Positions 39,121-52,704 are shown, counted from the first letter of the stretch. The stretch is 64,000 nucleotides of DNA from Azolla caroliniana (GCA_043228905.1 JBHGNT010000005.1:15190001-15254000); one strand, 5' to 3'. Program-made: numbers and translations. The notes: generated by a model from the sequence alone, not told the origin.

Positions 39121-41507
39121 GCGGCTATACTGGTCTCTTATTCGGAAGATCCAGACACCTTGGAGGAACCCCACACGTGTACTATAAGTAGGAAGTTTTG
39201 GTTCTCCGACATTGGAGGTTGTAAGATAACTGGTGTCAGCAGCAGGGAAAAGAAACAGGTGGAGGAGCGTCTCAGGGAGTGCAGAGCCCTCAATCTTGAC
39301 GAGGAAATCAGCAACGCCGTGGAGGCAGTCTCTTTCAACGAAACCCTTCGAGAGGTGGGAAAGGTGCTCGAGGGTGGCCTCAGTGAAGACCGGGTGATTC
39401 TCGTTGGTTTCGTGGAAATGTATGAAGTCATTGCGGGCTTCGGGAAGAGGTCGGGTCAGATCGGATCGGATGGCCCGCGTAAACATGATATACAAGACTG
39501 TGGAACGGAAGGTGAGGCCGGTGGTGGCTCCCTTGCCGGAGGGAAGCGAGGAATGGAAATAGGGGGTTGCATCGGACCCAAGTTTGCAGAATCCGGCCGG
39601 CATAGGACACCGGTTCACCGACAAAACGCTACGGGACCTCAAGATTGGTGGGGGTGGCTTTCTACTGCCAGCGGAGGAGAACCGGTTTCGGAGGATGCTC
39701 GGGAGACATGGAAAGGCCTTCACATTCTTGCTGGAGGAGATCAGGTGTGTGGACCCGACGATCGTGGAACTAATGGTTATCTTCACGGTACCACATGTGT
39801 CGTGGAACCTCAAACCGATTCCAGTACCAAGAGCACACATCTCGAAATTGATGGAGCTACTGAAGCAGAAGGTAGAGATGGGCATCCTCGAGCCGTTGAG
39901 TGCCCCGTATTCGAATCGGTGGTTTACGGTGCAGAAGAAGAACAACACATTGCGCTTCATTCAGGACCTGTAGCCAGTCAACAAAGTGACCATCCGAAAC
40001 ACAGGAATCGAACCGACCATTGACAAGTTCGTGGAGGCCTTCGCTGGAAGGTCGATCTATTCAGTTGGTGATCTATACTCAGGATACGATCAATTCCAAC
40101 TAGCCGTAGAGAGCAGGGATATTACGACAATGCAGAATCCTCTCGGTTTAGTGCGGATGTGTACCTTGCCACAAGGAGGCACCAACTTGGTGGCGCACAT
40201 GGTGAACACAATGAACAATGGCTAAGGGATTGTATCCTGGACATCACTATGCCATTCTTGGACGACATCCCAATCAAGGGGTGTCCGGTGGAAGATAAGG
40301 ATGATTCGGTCGGGCCAGATGGATGCTGGAGGTTCGTGGCGGATCACATCGACGATTGCGAGAAGGTGCTACGAAGGCTCAAGGGTCCGCCGCTCACCTT
40401 CTCCGGGGAGAAGTCGGCTTTTGGGCAGTCCGAAATCTTGGTGGTTGGGCACTTGTGCCGTTCTTACGGCCGGAAACCGTCTTCAACAAAGGTAGAAGCC
40501 ATCTCCGTAATGAAAGAAGAATGCAAGTCGGTTACGGAGGTCCGGAGATTCCTGGGCGCATGTGCGTTCTACCACATCTAGATTCTGCACTACGCACACG
40601 TCGCAGAACTGCTCTACGGGTTGTTAAAGAAGGGGGGGCGTAAGTTCGAATGGAGTGAAGAGCACACGGAGTCGGTCCGAAGGTTGAAGGAGGCGCTAAC
40701 CGCGGCACCAGCACTCCGGAAAGCGGTTTACGAAGGGGGCTTCCTGATTTATGTGACCGTGGATACAAGTCCGACCGGGATTGGATGGGTGGTCAACTAG
40801 GAGGACAAAAACGGCACGAGGTTCCCCATCTGGTTCGAAGCAAAGGTACTAAGTGAGCGGCAACGAGGATACACCCAGGTTAAGCGCGTACTCTGGGGTA
40901 TCGTTTCGGCAGTCAAGTCCGACAAAGACTATCTAATCAGGACAGAGGTAATAATCGAGACGAACTACCTACCGATCCTCGGTATGGTTTTTGGATGCGC
41001 GACGCCGGACCTATCGATGCTCAGGTGGATCGCATACATTAAGTCCCTCAGTCCGGAGATACAACACATCTCTGGGAAGGACAATGCCATGGTCGACATG
41101 CTTTCCAGAGCACGGTTTGATTACGAAAACGGCATGGTTTCTAAAGACGAAGAAGTCAGCGTAGACTTCTTTGAGTCGGCACGCGTAGCGGTAAGAGAAT
41201 GTCATGATATGACAAGACTTGAACCCATGACCTTATGTTACATGGGTCGAGCTCTTGACCATTACACTATCTATTGTAATACGCAAGAAATTATTTTTAT
41301 TTAAGTTTACTATAGAAAATTAATGTATATTCCAAATTTCTCTGGAACATTCTAGAAGCTTCAGGATTACTCCTGAGAACACTATAAAAGGAGGCACAAG
41401 GCATTATTTCGAACCAAATCGGTTCAATGCCAGTCTTAAGCCTCCTAACCTTCCTTGTATATTCTTCTCACATAATATATCGTGGTCATCATCATTTTCT
41501 CTCCCTT

Positions 41508-41541
<34 letters not shown>

Positions 41542-44500
41542 TCTCTCAAGTGTTCTACACCCTCTATTCCTCTTACTACTAATATTCCTCTCTTAGTACT
41601 AATTTCTTCTCTGTCCCAGTACTATTTCTGATAGTTTGAACCGATTTGCCTCCTTCCATCTCCTCCTTTCCTCCTCTTCCTTTTATCTTCTTACATATCC
41701 ACTTTTTTCCGGTCTTCTTTCCGGTTTCCCTCATCTTCTTACCCCTTTTTTCCCTTCATACTAATCCTCTTATCCTCCCTAGTAAAATGGAAATTGTTAG
41801 CACTCACGAATACCAATCTATTTTCTCAGAGCTCTAGTGCTTAAAAGAGAAATTGGTAGCACTAGAACAAGAAAATCACTGTTTGTTGGGGGATCTTCAA
41901 CAAATAGCGCTGGAAAAACAACAACACGGGGAACTGACGTTACGTGTACAACAGCTTGAAGCGACTATTGTATAACTACAACAACAAGGATCAAGCACTC
42001 AAGGGATTCACAAAGAACCCAAGATCGGTCTTCCTGCAAAATTTGATGGGACCCGATCACAATTTAGAGGTTTTCTGAATCAAGTATGTTTAGTGATTCA
42101 AATGCATCCTTCTCGATATCCCACCGATGCATCACGAGTGGGACTGGTAGGCACTGTACTTAGTGGCTCAACATTGACATGGTTTGCTCTGTTGTTAGAA
42201 AAGGAATCTCCATTACTAAACAATGTTGAAGACTTTTAAAGTGAGTTTAAAGCCTGTTTTGGAGATACTGACAACATAAGGACAACAATAAACAAAATCC
42301 GACGATTACGCCAAGGTGATCGTCCAGCCTCCGCATACGCTGCAGATTTCTACTCGCCGCTGATATCTCTTGGGATAATCAAGCATTGATGGAGCAATTT
42401 CGTTATGGTTTACGCGACGATGTCAAGGATTTACTCTTGACCTTCCCTGAAGAACCAAAGTCATTAACAGAAGCAATCAGTCACGCGGTGAGATGCGACA
42501 ACCACCATTTCGAACGATGTTCGAAACGACAATTCCAGATGCCGAGGGCAAGATTAGAGCCCACCTATGCCTCATTGGTAGCAAAACTTTTTCCAAGGGA
42601 GTCATATAATGTGTCTCGAGTGAATACTCCAACTCCGATGGAGATTGACACTACACGTCGTCACAGACCATTATCGAAAGAAGAAAAATAGTGACGTCGA
42701 GCAAATCCACTATGTCTTTATTGCGGTGGACCAAGGACCAAGGCATATTGCAGTAAATTGTCCCCATAGGACAAGAAGACAGGTAAACCAAATAGTTGCT
42801 AGTTCTAATTGTACTAAACCCAAGTCTATTTCAGTAGGAATATCTGATAGTCCTAATAGTACTAATAGCCCAAATCTAGCGAACAAATTTGATGTCCTTA
42901 GTCATTTAGAAGAAGAGTTAAACGACTAAGTCTAGCCAAAATAGGAGGTGTTTGGTTAGACAACCCTAGATCTGTGAAGCCCATTAGAGGTTCCATTCCC
43001 TCTAAGTTAGCAATGAGTTCGTAGCCCAAGTAATAGTTAGTACTAAAAGTACCCCTCCAGTACATGTCTTAGCACTTCTAGATTCCGGAGCAAATTCTTG
43101 CTTATGGATAGGAATTTGGCCCAAGATCATCAGATATCTCTCATAAAACTCCCGTGTCCAGTCTCTATAGTAGTCATTGATGGTCTTCCCATTGCTTCCG
43201 GAAATATCATAGAAGAGTCAGAGCCCGTTAATATTGTCCTAGATAATCTAGCGTGTGTAGTATCATTTAATATAATTAGTATCCCAAAACATCCCATTGT
43301 TTTAGGATTACCATGGTTCAAATTACATAACCCAGAAATAGATTGGAGAACAAGAGAAATCCAATATCAACAAGCCTGAGGATCTACTTGTAAGATTGCA
43401 ACCATTTCGCTACATCAGTTGCGGGAAGAAGGACGCAAGGAAGAAATGTTTCTCTTCGCAATATCAGTAAAACCCTCCGACACCACTAAAGAGGAGTCAA
43501 CCGTTCAACTTCCAAAGAAGTATCATCATTATGCCGATGTGTTCAATAAAGTACAAGCCAATACGCTTCCTCACCATCGACTGTATGATTGCCCCATCGA
43601 TTTACAACCGGGAAAAGAGCCACCATGGGGATCGATTTACAATTAGTCACCAACCGAGCTAGAAGTCATTCGAGCCTATATAGAGGAGAATTTGGAAAAT
43701 GGTTTCATTCGGCATTTGAAATCTCCATTCGGCGCACTCATTTTCTTCATCAAGAAAAAGGATGGATCACTTTGTCACGTTGTAGATTATCGTGGCTTGA
43801 ATAAGGTCACCATCAAAAATATGTATGCACTTCCCCTTATCTCAAGTCTTTTAGAACGGATCAATGGTGCAAGGTTCTTCATGAAGATCGACTTACGGGG
43901 AGCATATAAGCTCGTACGGATCCGATTAGGAGATGAATGGAAGACCGTGTTTCGCACTAGATATGGGCACTTTGAGTATACGGTCATGTCGTTCGGCCTC
44001 ACTGATGCGCCAATAGTCTTCTAGCACATGGCAAATGATATATTCCGAGATCTCTTGGATGTTTGTTTGATCATCTATTTGGATGACCTACTGGTTTATT
44101 CAAAGACCCAAGAAGAGCGTGATTCTCATGTACTGTTAGTACTAAAACGACTTTGAAAACATGGTCTTTATGCAAAGCTGGAAAACTGTAGTTTCAGGTG
44201 CAACCATGTGGAATTTCTAGGCTATGTCATCTCCTCGGAAGGCATCTCCATGGATCCAGCTAAGGTCAAAATGGTGGTAGAGTGGCAAACTCTGCATTCG
44301 TTGCGAGATGTGCAATGCTTTTTAGGCTTTGCTAATTTCTACCGCAAGTTTATATAGGATTACTCAAAGCTTGTTCTGCCTCTCACACAACTTATTAAGA
44401 AGGGACAATTGTTCGTTTGGTCTGAAGAAGCGGACATGGCTTTTGAGAATCTTAAGAAGGAATTTACATCGGCTCTTATTCTAGTTCACGTTGATCCGGA

Positions 44501-47500
44501 AAAACCATTCATCATGGAAGCGGACACATCAGATTTCGCATTGGGTAGCATTCTGTCACAATAAGGTAATGATTAAAAGCTACATCCTATGGCTTTCCAC
44601 TCATGCAAATTTGATGCCGCCAAAATCAACAATGAATTTCATGATAAGGAGCTATTAGTAATAGTGGACTCTTTTACACAATGGAGACATTTTCTAGAGG
44701 GATCCTCTCATCAAGTCATCGTATTCAGTGATCACAAAAACCTTGCCTACTTTCAGAGTGCTCGTGTGTTAAATCGACGTCAAGCTCAGTGGACCCAATC
44801 CCTCACACATTTCGACTTCAAAATTACATATCGTCCGGGGAAGCACCAAGGGAAGGTAAATGCATTATCACGGAGTTCGTATCTAGCACCATGTCCCGGC
44901 GAGCTAGGTTTCGATAACCAAAAGCAAGTAATCTTGGGACCGGTACGACTGCAAGCAACACAGGTCTTCGGCATGCCCTTGGATTCCCACGTTATCGATA
45001 CCATACATGAGGACTTGAAAACAAATGCTTTCGCCCAAGCCATTTTAGCACAAATTGATCCCTCTCGAGCATCTTCTTCACAGTCGCAACAACCGAGTAC
45101 GAACTATCGACAATTCGAATGTCATGATGGATTACTATTCTTTAAGAAACTCTTGCATGTTCCTAATGGTTCTTACCACCTTCAAGTAGTCCAAAACTAT
45201 CATGACACATATATAGTTGGGCCATTTGGTAGTACTAAGACAGTAGATTTAGTGCAATGATCATTCTGGTGGCCCTGTATGCGACAATTTGTCTAGGATT
45301 TTGTTCAGACTTGTGATACATGTTGCAGAGCAAAAAATCCAAGGCATCATCCATATGGTTTATTAGAACCATTACCAATTCCAAGCAAGTCGTGGCAATC
45401 CATTGCTCTAGATTTCATCATAGATCTTCCAGTCTCTAAGGGATTCAATGCGATTTTAGCAGTAGTAGATCGATATACGAAGATGGCTCATTTCCTGCCA
45501 TGTACTAAGGAAATCTCCAGTGAAGAAACCGCTAAAATTGCCATGCGTGAAGTATGTCGGCATCATGGCCTTCCTGATAATATCATTAGTGACTATGGAG
45601 CCCAATTCGTCTTGAAATTCTGGAAGCACCTTTTTTAAATGCTCAAGGTCACTTGTAACCTCTCCTCCGGCTACCACCCGCAAACGGACGGCCAAGCAGA
45701 ACGAAAAAATCAAACATTGGAGTAGTATCTTCGGTGCTTTCTAAGCTATCATCAGGATGACTGGTCGAATATTCTCCACTTTGCCGAATTTGCCTATAAT
45801 AATTTTGTCCATTCATCGACTAAAGTTACGCCATTTTATGCTTATACAGGTTGTCACCCCCGATGGTGTGTATTTGAAACCCCAGAGTTACCCACAAATC
45901 CTTGCGTAGAGGATTGTTTGGAACGGTTACGCAAGATACAAGCTGATTTATCTACTCATCTACAACAAGCTCAACAAACACAAAAGGTTTACGCGGATCG
46001 TCATCGGCTCCCATCCAGTTTTAACATTGGAGATCAAGTATGGCTAATACGACGTCACATCAAGACTACTCGCCCATGCGAGAAGTTGGATTATCGACGA
46101 TTAGGTCCTTTCCGTATTATTAGAAAGATTAATGATGTCGCTTTTCTTCTTGATCTACCCCCGCAACTTCGCATACATCCGATGTTTCATAGTTCTCTCC
46201 TCGAACCCTATCAAGACAACACCATCCCAGGACGTATTCCACAACCTCCACCCCCGATCGAACTTGAAGATAGACTGAGTACGAGGTTGCCGCCATCCTC
46301 GATTCCTGTACACAACAAGCTCTACTATTTACTCAATTGGCTAGGATATAGTCCCAACGAGCGTACTTGGGAACCAATAGAGAATGTGATCAATGCTCGT
46401 GCTCTTCTTGAAGACTTCCATCGTCAATATCCAGATAAATCAGGTCCTCAAGCCAAACGACTCGTGTCATGATATGGCAGGACTCGAACCCATGACCTTA
46501 TGTTACATGAGTCGAGCTCTTGACCATTACACTATCTATTATAATACATAAAATATTATTTGTATTTAAGTTTTACTATAGAAAATTAATGTATATTCTA
46601 GATTTCTCTAGAACATTCTAGAAGCATCAGGATTACTCCTAAGAACACTATAAAAGGAGGCACAAGGCATTATTTTGAACCAAATCAGTTCAACGCCAGT
46701 CTTAAGCCTCCTAGCCTTCCTTGTATATTCTTCTCGCATAATATATCGTTTTCATCATTAATTTCTCTCCCTCGATCTCTCACTCACTCACTCTCTCTCC
46801 TTGTCTTGAGTGTTCTACACCCTCTATTCCTCTTAGTACTAATATTCCTCTCTTAGTACTAATTTCTTCTCTGTCTTAGTACTATTCCTGACAAAGAAGG
46901 GCACACTCCGGCGCTTAACGGATTTAACAAAGGCGAGTACGACGGGGAGTGGCTCCAGATCGGCAGATACTTGAAGATGATGACACTAAACACGACATGG
47001 ACGAAAGACGAGGCAAACCGGATCCGGAATAAGGCGTTCCGGTTGTTCCTGTAGGACGGGAACTTATGGAGGAATCCAATGAAGCGAAACGGTGTCCCGC
47101 TCTATGTATTTGAATGAGTAGAGGAATAGAAGGCATTGATAATGGCGTATCCCGAGAGCCCTCGGGCTGAACACCACGGAACGTGGGCTACATTCGAGAA
47201 GCTGAAGGAGAAATATTGGTGGCCGAGAATGTACCGGGATGTGCACCAATTCGTGACGACCTGTGAAAACTGCCAAGTGTATTTTGCGATCCGGCACCGA
47301 GACGAGTTGCACCCGACCTACCCACTAACTGTTGTCCATTCCTAGTGGATGGTGGACTTAGTGACAATGTCGATGGGGGTAGGGCAGATGCGGTACCTGG
47401 CGCTTGAATGAGAGGACCTGACATACCGAGCGGAGGGTCGTGCGCTTTCGGCCATCTGTCGGTTCCTGATCAAGGAGGTGATATGCTAGTACGGGTGCCT

Positions 47501-49098
47501 ATGGAAGATCATGGCTGACCAGGGAGAGTTGGATGTGTAGGAAGCCGAGGAGTTGTTCGGCCGATTAGGGGTTAAGCTCTTTCTCACTACAATGTACAAT
47601 CCGGAGACGAATAGGAAGGTGGAGCGCGGACACGGGCCAATCGTGAAGGTGTTAGTAGCATGCGAAGGACAAGTCGGTAACTGGCCACGACTCCTACCTT
47701 ACACGTTATGGGCAGACCGAATGACGCATAGTTCGGTAATCGTTTCATGCTACCAGAGTTGATGTATGGGCAAAACCCTCATGGGTAGCAGTGGACTGGA
47801 GAGGCGAGATGAACCGAGAAGAGCTATTGGTGGCGCGGATTCGCCAGCTTGAGCGAAGACAGGAGGACGTGGACCGGGCAAAGGTGAAGCTGCATGCAGC
47901 GAGGGTGAAGAATAAAGGTTGGTTCGACCAGACGCACCGGCTACAACTGAAGAAGATCGAGGCAAGCGATTGGGTCCTGGTTTACGACAGCAATCTTGAC
48001 AAACAACACAAGGCAACGCGTAAGTTCGCGAGGAGGTGGTTCGGGCCCTACGTCGTAACGGGCGTGAATAGCAACGACACCTACCATCTCATGGAGCTCG
48101 ACGGAACACGGATACTAGTACTGGTAGCCTGGAAGAGGATCAAGGCATTCAAGAAATGGCACGAAGATGAACTAGACCCAGGGAGCGCAGATGACGATGA
48201 CGACCGGGACGGAGCGGACGACGAATCCGAGAGCGATGAGTGAACACGGGCCAGTTTTTCCCGGTATTCGTCTCTTTTCGGCGCATGCCAGTGGATGCGC
48301 GGTTTGGTGGGGGTGGATGTCGTGGAGAAAAGCGGCCATAGGAGGAATTGGGAGTCCTAGCGTGTGAACGGGTTTTACACGGATTCGTATAGATTTAAGT
48401 TAATGTACCTTATTTAAGAATAGTTTGGCGTGATATAAATATAAACATGCTAACAAGTTAGCAAATCAAGGCATATCTCTGTCCGAAGGGACTGAGAATA
48501 AAGGTGATGTAACAAGGATGTAACGGCCCACCCTCAATTGGCCTATAAAAAGGGGAAAGAAAGACTAATAGAGGGGTCATTTTTGAAGGGGAGAGGAGGA
48601 GGTGTTGTCGAACTGGGAACCGAGCACCAATTTCTTTTGTTATCTCTGTAGGATTCTTGGGTGGATGCCTCTGTTCGCGAGGAAAGCCCATGTGCTTCCG
48701 GCAGAGGCTACACAACGCATTTTGGACCTGGTGTGTGTGTGTGTGTGTGTGTGAGTGTGAGTGTTTGGCGAGGACGTCGGCATGCCGGTTGTAATATCCG
48801 TTTAGTTGTAATCAACTCTTCTTAAGTTGTAATCTCTGATTAGTTGTAATCTCTGATTAGTTGTAATCGATTCTTCCTAAGTATCATCTTTGCTCAGTTG
48901 CAATCTTCTCTAAACCGTTGCGACTCTTTATCTATCTTGGTGTGTTGCCGTGTCATTGTCTGATTCAGCAAGCTCTACGACTGCCAACATCTGTCGCTTA
49001 CCATCCCACTCTTTCTCTTTCTTGCCATCTACCTTCGCACACTCCTCGGTTCAGGGTCCCCATGGTCCCACCTTAGTTTCCCATGCGCAATCGTGACA
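39121..49098 (+). mobile_element. 5'-truncated gypsy family-B element (RT-RH-INT; 3' LTR 48318-49098), split by element E
   Basis: DLYSGYDQF, FLDDIPIKG, HISGKDNAMVDMLSRA, KVERGHGPI, RRWFGPY; PPT GGTGGGGGTGGA before TGTCGTGG...CGTGACA. Confidence 0.9.
41200..46893 (+). mobile_element. Full-length chromovirus (Tcn1-like) element E; gag-pol ~41787-46472 with C-terminal chromodomain
   Basis: LTRs 41200-41633 and 46465-46893; TSD GAGAA/AAGAA; [55 protein letters not shown] chromodomain; many stops. Confidence 0.93.
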
Positions 49099-51250
49099 AC
49101 ACAACAACGCATTGAGCGAGGTGTTTCCCAATTTAGAACTGTCTGCACCTTGGATGGATCCATAGATATACCTTGTTGTGAAACCACATACCCTAGAAAC
49201 TCCACGTGGTTTTGATCAAATCTACATTTCTCGAGTTTGGCATGGATCCCATATTCTCGTAAGCGTTGGAGGACTTGGCAGACATGTGTGTCATGCTTTT
49301 TTGGACTTTTTGAGTAGATCAAGATGTCATCAAGATATACTATGGGAAATGAATCCAAGAAGTCGCGAAAAATATCATTCGCCATGTGTTGAAAAACTGC
49401 GAGCTCATTTGTGAGACCAAAAGGCATAACCGTGTACACTCGAAATGTCTGTATCGAGTACGGAATGTTATCTTCCATTCATCTCTTGGACGTATCCGAA
49501 CAAGGTTATATGCGCCTCGAAGGTCTAGCTTTGTGAAAACTTTACCTCTGGACTAAGACACTCTAGTAAACTCAATATCAAGGGTAGAGCATATCGATTT
49601 CGAACTGTGATTTTGTTTAAACCTCGATAATCCACGACCAATCGTAAAGACCCATCTTTCTTCTTGACAAAGATTATGGGTGCACCAGTAGGGTTTTTAG
49701 AATGTCGAATGAATCCATTTGCTAAGTGCTCATGTATATACTCTCGAAGGGCCTTGAGTTCAGAAGGTGATAGAATATATATTGGGCCCCATGGTGGTTC
49801 TTTCCTAGGTTGTAGATCGATCGGACAATCATAAGGAAGATGGTCTGGAAGAGAACTAGCTTTAGTTTTGTTGAAGATGTCTTCAAAATCCAAGTACTTC
49901 GTAGGAAGGTGAGTACATGCCCCTTGTGAACTAGAGGATGGATTTGTCGTTACTGCAAAGACAAACATTTCGTTTCTCCACCCGTCTTCTCGTAAGTTTT
50001 GTAGAGATATGAGTGAGATTTGGTGAGGTTTTGAATCTTGGTTGGTAATAACAAAGCTGTTGGATTTAGGTTTCTACTGGAAATCATTGATTGCTCGATT
50101 TCTCCAGTCAATTTCAGGCTTATGAAGCTCAAACCAAGGCAAACCAAGGATAACCGGATGCTCAGGGCTACTAATTATATTGAAGGAAATCACACAAGCA
50201 AAGCTACCAAGGACTACTCGAATTGGCTTGGATTCTTCGACTATATCCCTAGATGCAATAGGGTGACCATCAATGACTACAACGGATGTAGGATAGAGGA
50301 GGTTTCTCAATAGGATGTTTTGGGATAAAGCAAATTCTTTGTCCATAAAACAAGAGTTGGCTCCTGAATCTAAGAGAGAAGATGCAAGAACTCGATGACA
50401 CCTAGAAGTGCTAACCTCAACTTGTGCTGAAAAAACTTTGCTAACATGATTCAATAAAATGGAACCACTACTTGGGGCTGACTTTACGTATTCTGGTTTG
50501 TCCAACCAAATGTCTCCAAGCTGACTCAAGACCTCAAAACTATTGGATTGGCCTAGACATGTGGGGCTACTAGGGATAGATAATCTAATTGGGGAATTGG
50601 AATTAAGTTTCTCACTAGTACTTACTTGATTTACTTGTCATTTTGGCCTATGTGGGCAGGTGATTGCTATGTGTCAAGGACCACCACAATACAAACATCG
50701 ACGGTTTGCTCGGCGTTGTTGCTTCTCAACTTCAGACAAAGGCCCTCGAACAACATGTTACATCGATCTCCATCGGACTTGAACCAATTGATGGAATCAT
50801 GTGTGAATTTTGGGTAGTGCTCGTAGGTGTCGAGGCTACTACTAAAGCATATGTTTTAGTCGTTCTTGGTCGTGACATTAGTTGACGTTTTGAACGTTGC
50901 TCGAATAAACGATTGTCACATCGCACCACATGATTTATTACTTCTGTAAGAGATCTTGGATCTTCGTGGAAAGTTAATAACAAATATTTTGTACATCATT
51001 TCGTAGTCCATGGCGAAACTGATACATTAATGTTTCTTCATCCCATGGAATATCACAAGCTAGGATGCGGAAATTTGCGGCGTACACGGAGGCGGGACGA
51101 TCCCCTTGACACAGTCTTCGAATTTTATTGATCGCCGTTCTAACACTATCAATGTCTCCAAAGTTTGCTTGAAATTCTTTAATAAAACCTTCAAAGTCTT
51201 GAAGGAGAGGAGATTTCTTTTCTAGCAGTGGTGCAAACCATGCTAATGTC

Positions 51251-52704
51251 GTTCCTGTTAAGAGGGTTCCTACTAGTTCAACTCGAGTTGTATCGGTTGG
51301 ATATCTATTAGAATACATATGATTACTAGACGCACCTGATTTAGAAATCCTCAAAACTATGATCGATTACCCTCGAAATTTCCGGGCAAACAAATCTTTG
51401 GCTCTTTGGGAGAGCTTTGTTGCATCAAAGGTTGTTGATGAAGAGACCGCAATGTTGTTTCAATTTGCAATACACGTGTTGATAACTCATCATATTGTTG
51501 CACCTTTTCTATGCTCACTTGTTGTAAATCTCCAAGCAATCGTTGATTCTTTTGCTTTAGAGCCAGAAACGTTTTTGTGAGATGCTTGAGCTCGGAGACG
51601 ACTTGAACATACTCTTGCTTGCTAACGGACTCCATGGCGACGATAACGCTTGATAGGATTCTCAAGAAAAAGTGTTAATCCTTAGGGCCGAACAACAGCC
51701 TAACACAGGGTGTCCACTTAAGACACTTCACCAAAGGGTGTTACAGCAAGATGACTTATGACACAACACCTAATTAGACCTTAATTGGTTACTTAGCAAT
51801 ACGTCATTACACGCGTAAGATATAACAATGAGTACAGAACGGTAATCAATACTAAAAGGTTAAGGCCATAAGTTCTATTAATTATCCGCTGTCAATTACA
51901 TTGTAACCGGGCCTTTATATAGGTCTCCAGTGCAAAGTACAAAACGGTGCCAACCGGCACCTATTCGGAATCGGTTCGTTCCTGTTAAGAGGGTTCCTAC
52001 TAGTTCAACTTGAGTTGTATCGGTTGGATATCTATTAGAATACATATGATTACTAGACGCACCTGATTTAGAAATCCTCAAAACTATGATCGATTACCCT
52101 CGAAATTTCCGGGCAAACATATCTTTGGCTCTTTGGGAGAGCTTTGTTGCATCAAAGGTTGTTGATGAAGAGACCGCAATGTTGTTTCAATTTGCAATAC
52201 ACGTGTTGATAACTCATCATATTGTTGCGCCTTTTCTATGCTTACTTGTTGTAAATCTCCAAGCAATCGTTGATTCTTTTGCTTTAGAGCCAGAAACTTT
52301 TTTGTGAGATGCTTGAGCTCGGAGACGACTCGAACATACTCTTGCTTGCTAACGGACTCCATGGCGACGATAACGCTTGATAGGATTCTCAAGAAAAAGT
52401 GTTAATCCTTAGGGCCGAACAACAACCTAACACAGGGTGTCCACTTAAGACACTTCACCAAAGGGTGTTACAGCAAGATGACTTATGACACAATGCTTAA
52501 TTAGACCTTAATTGGTTACTTAGCAATACGTCATTACACGCGTAAGATATAACAATGAGTACAGAACGGTAATCAATACTAAAAGGTTAAGGCCATAAGT
52601 TCTATTAATTATCCGCTGTCAATTACATTGTAACCGGGCCTTTATATAGGTCTCCGGTGCGAAGTACAAAACGGTGCCAACCGGCACCTATTCGGAATCG
52701 GTTC
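51251..52704. repeat. 727-bp tandem duplication spanning the D gag / C LTR junction
   Basis: 51251-51977 is nearly identical to 51978-52704; TCG microhomology at the junction. Confidence 0.92.

Noticed and set aside
39097-40023. 308-aa ORF as a novel gene
   Set aside because: It spans a copia/gypsy junction and mostly overlaps RT in another frame.
46469-46541. Functional tRNA gene in the LTR
   Set aside because: The acceptor and anticodon stems do not pair properly; kept only as a tRNA-derived promoter-like cassette.
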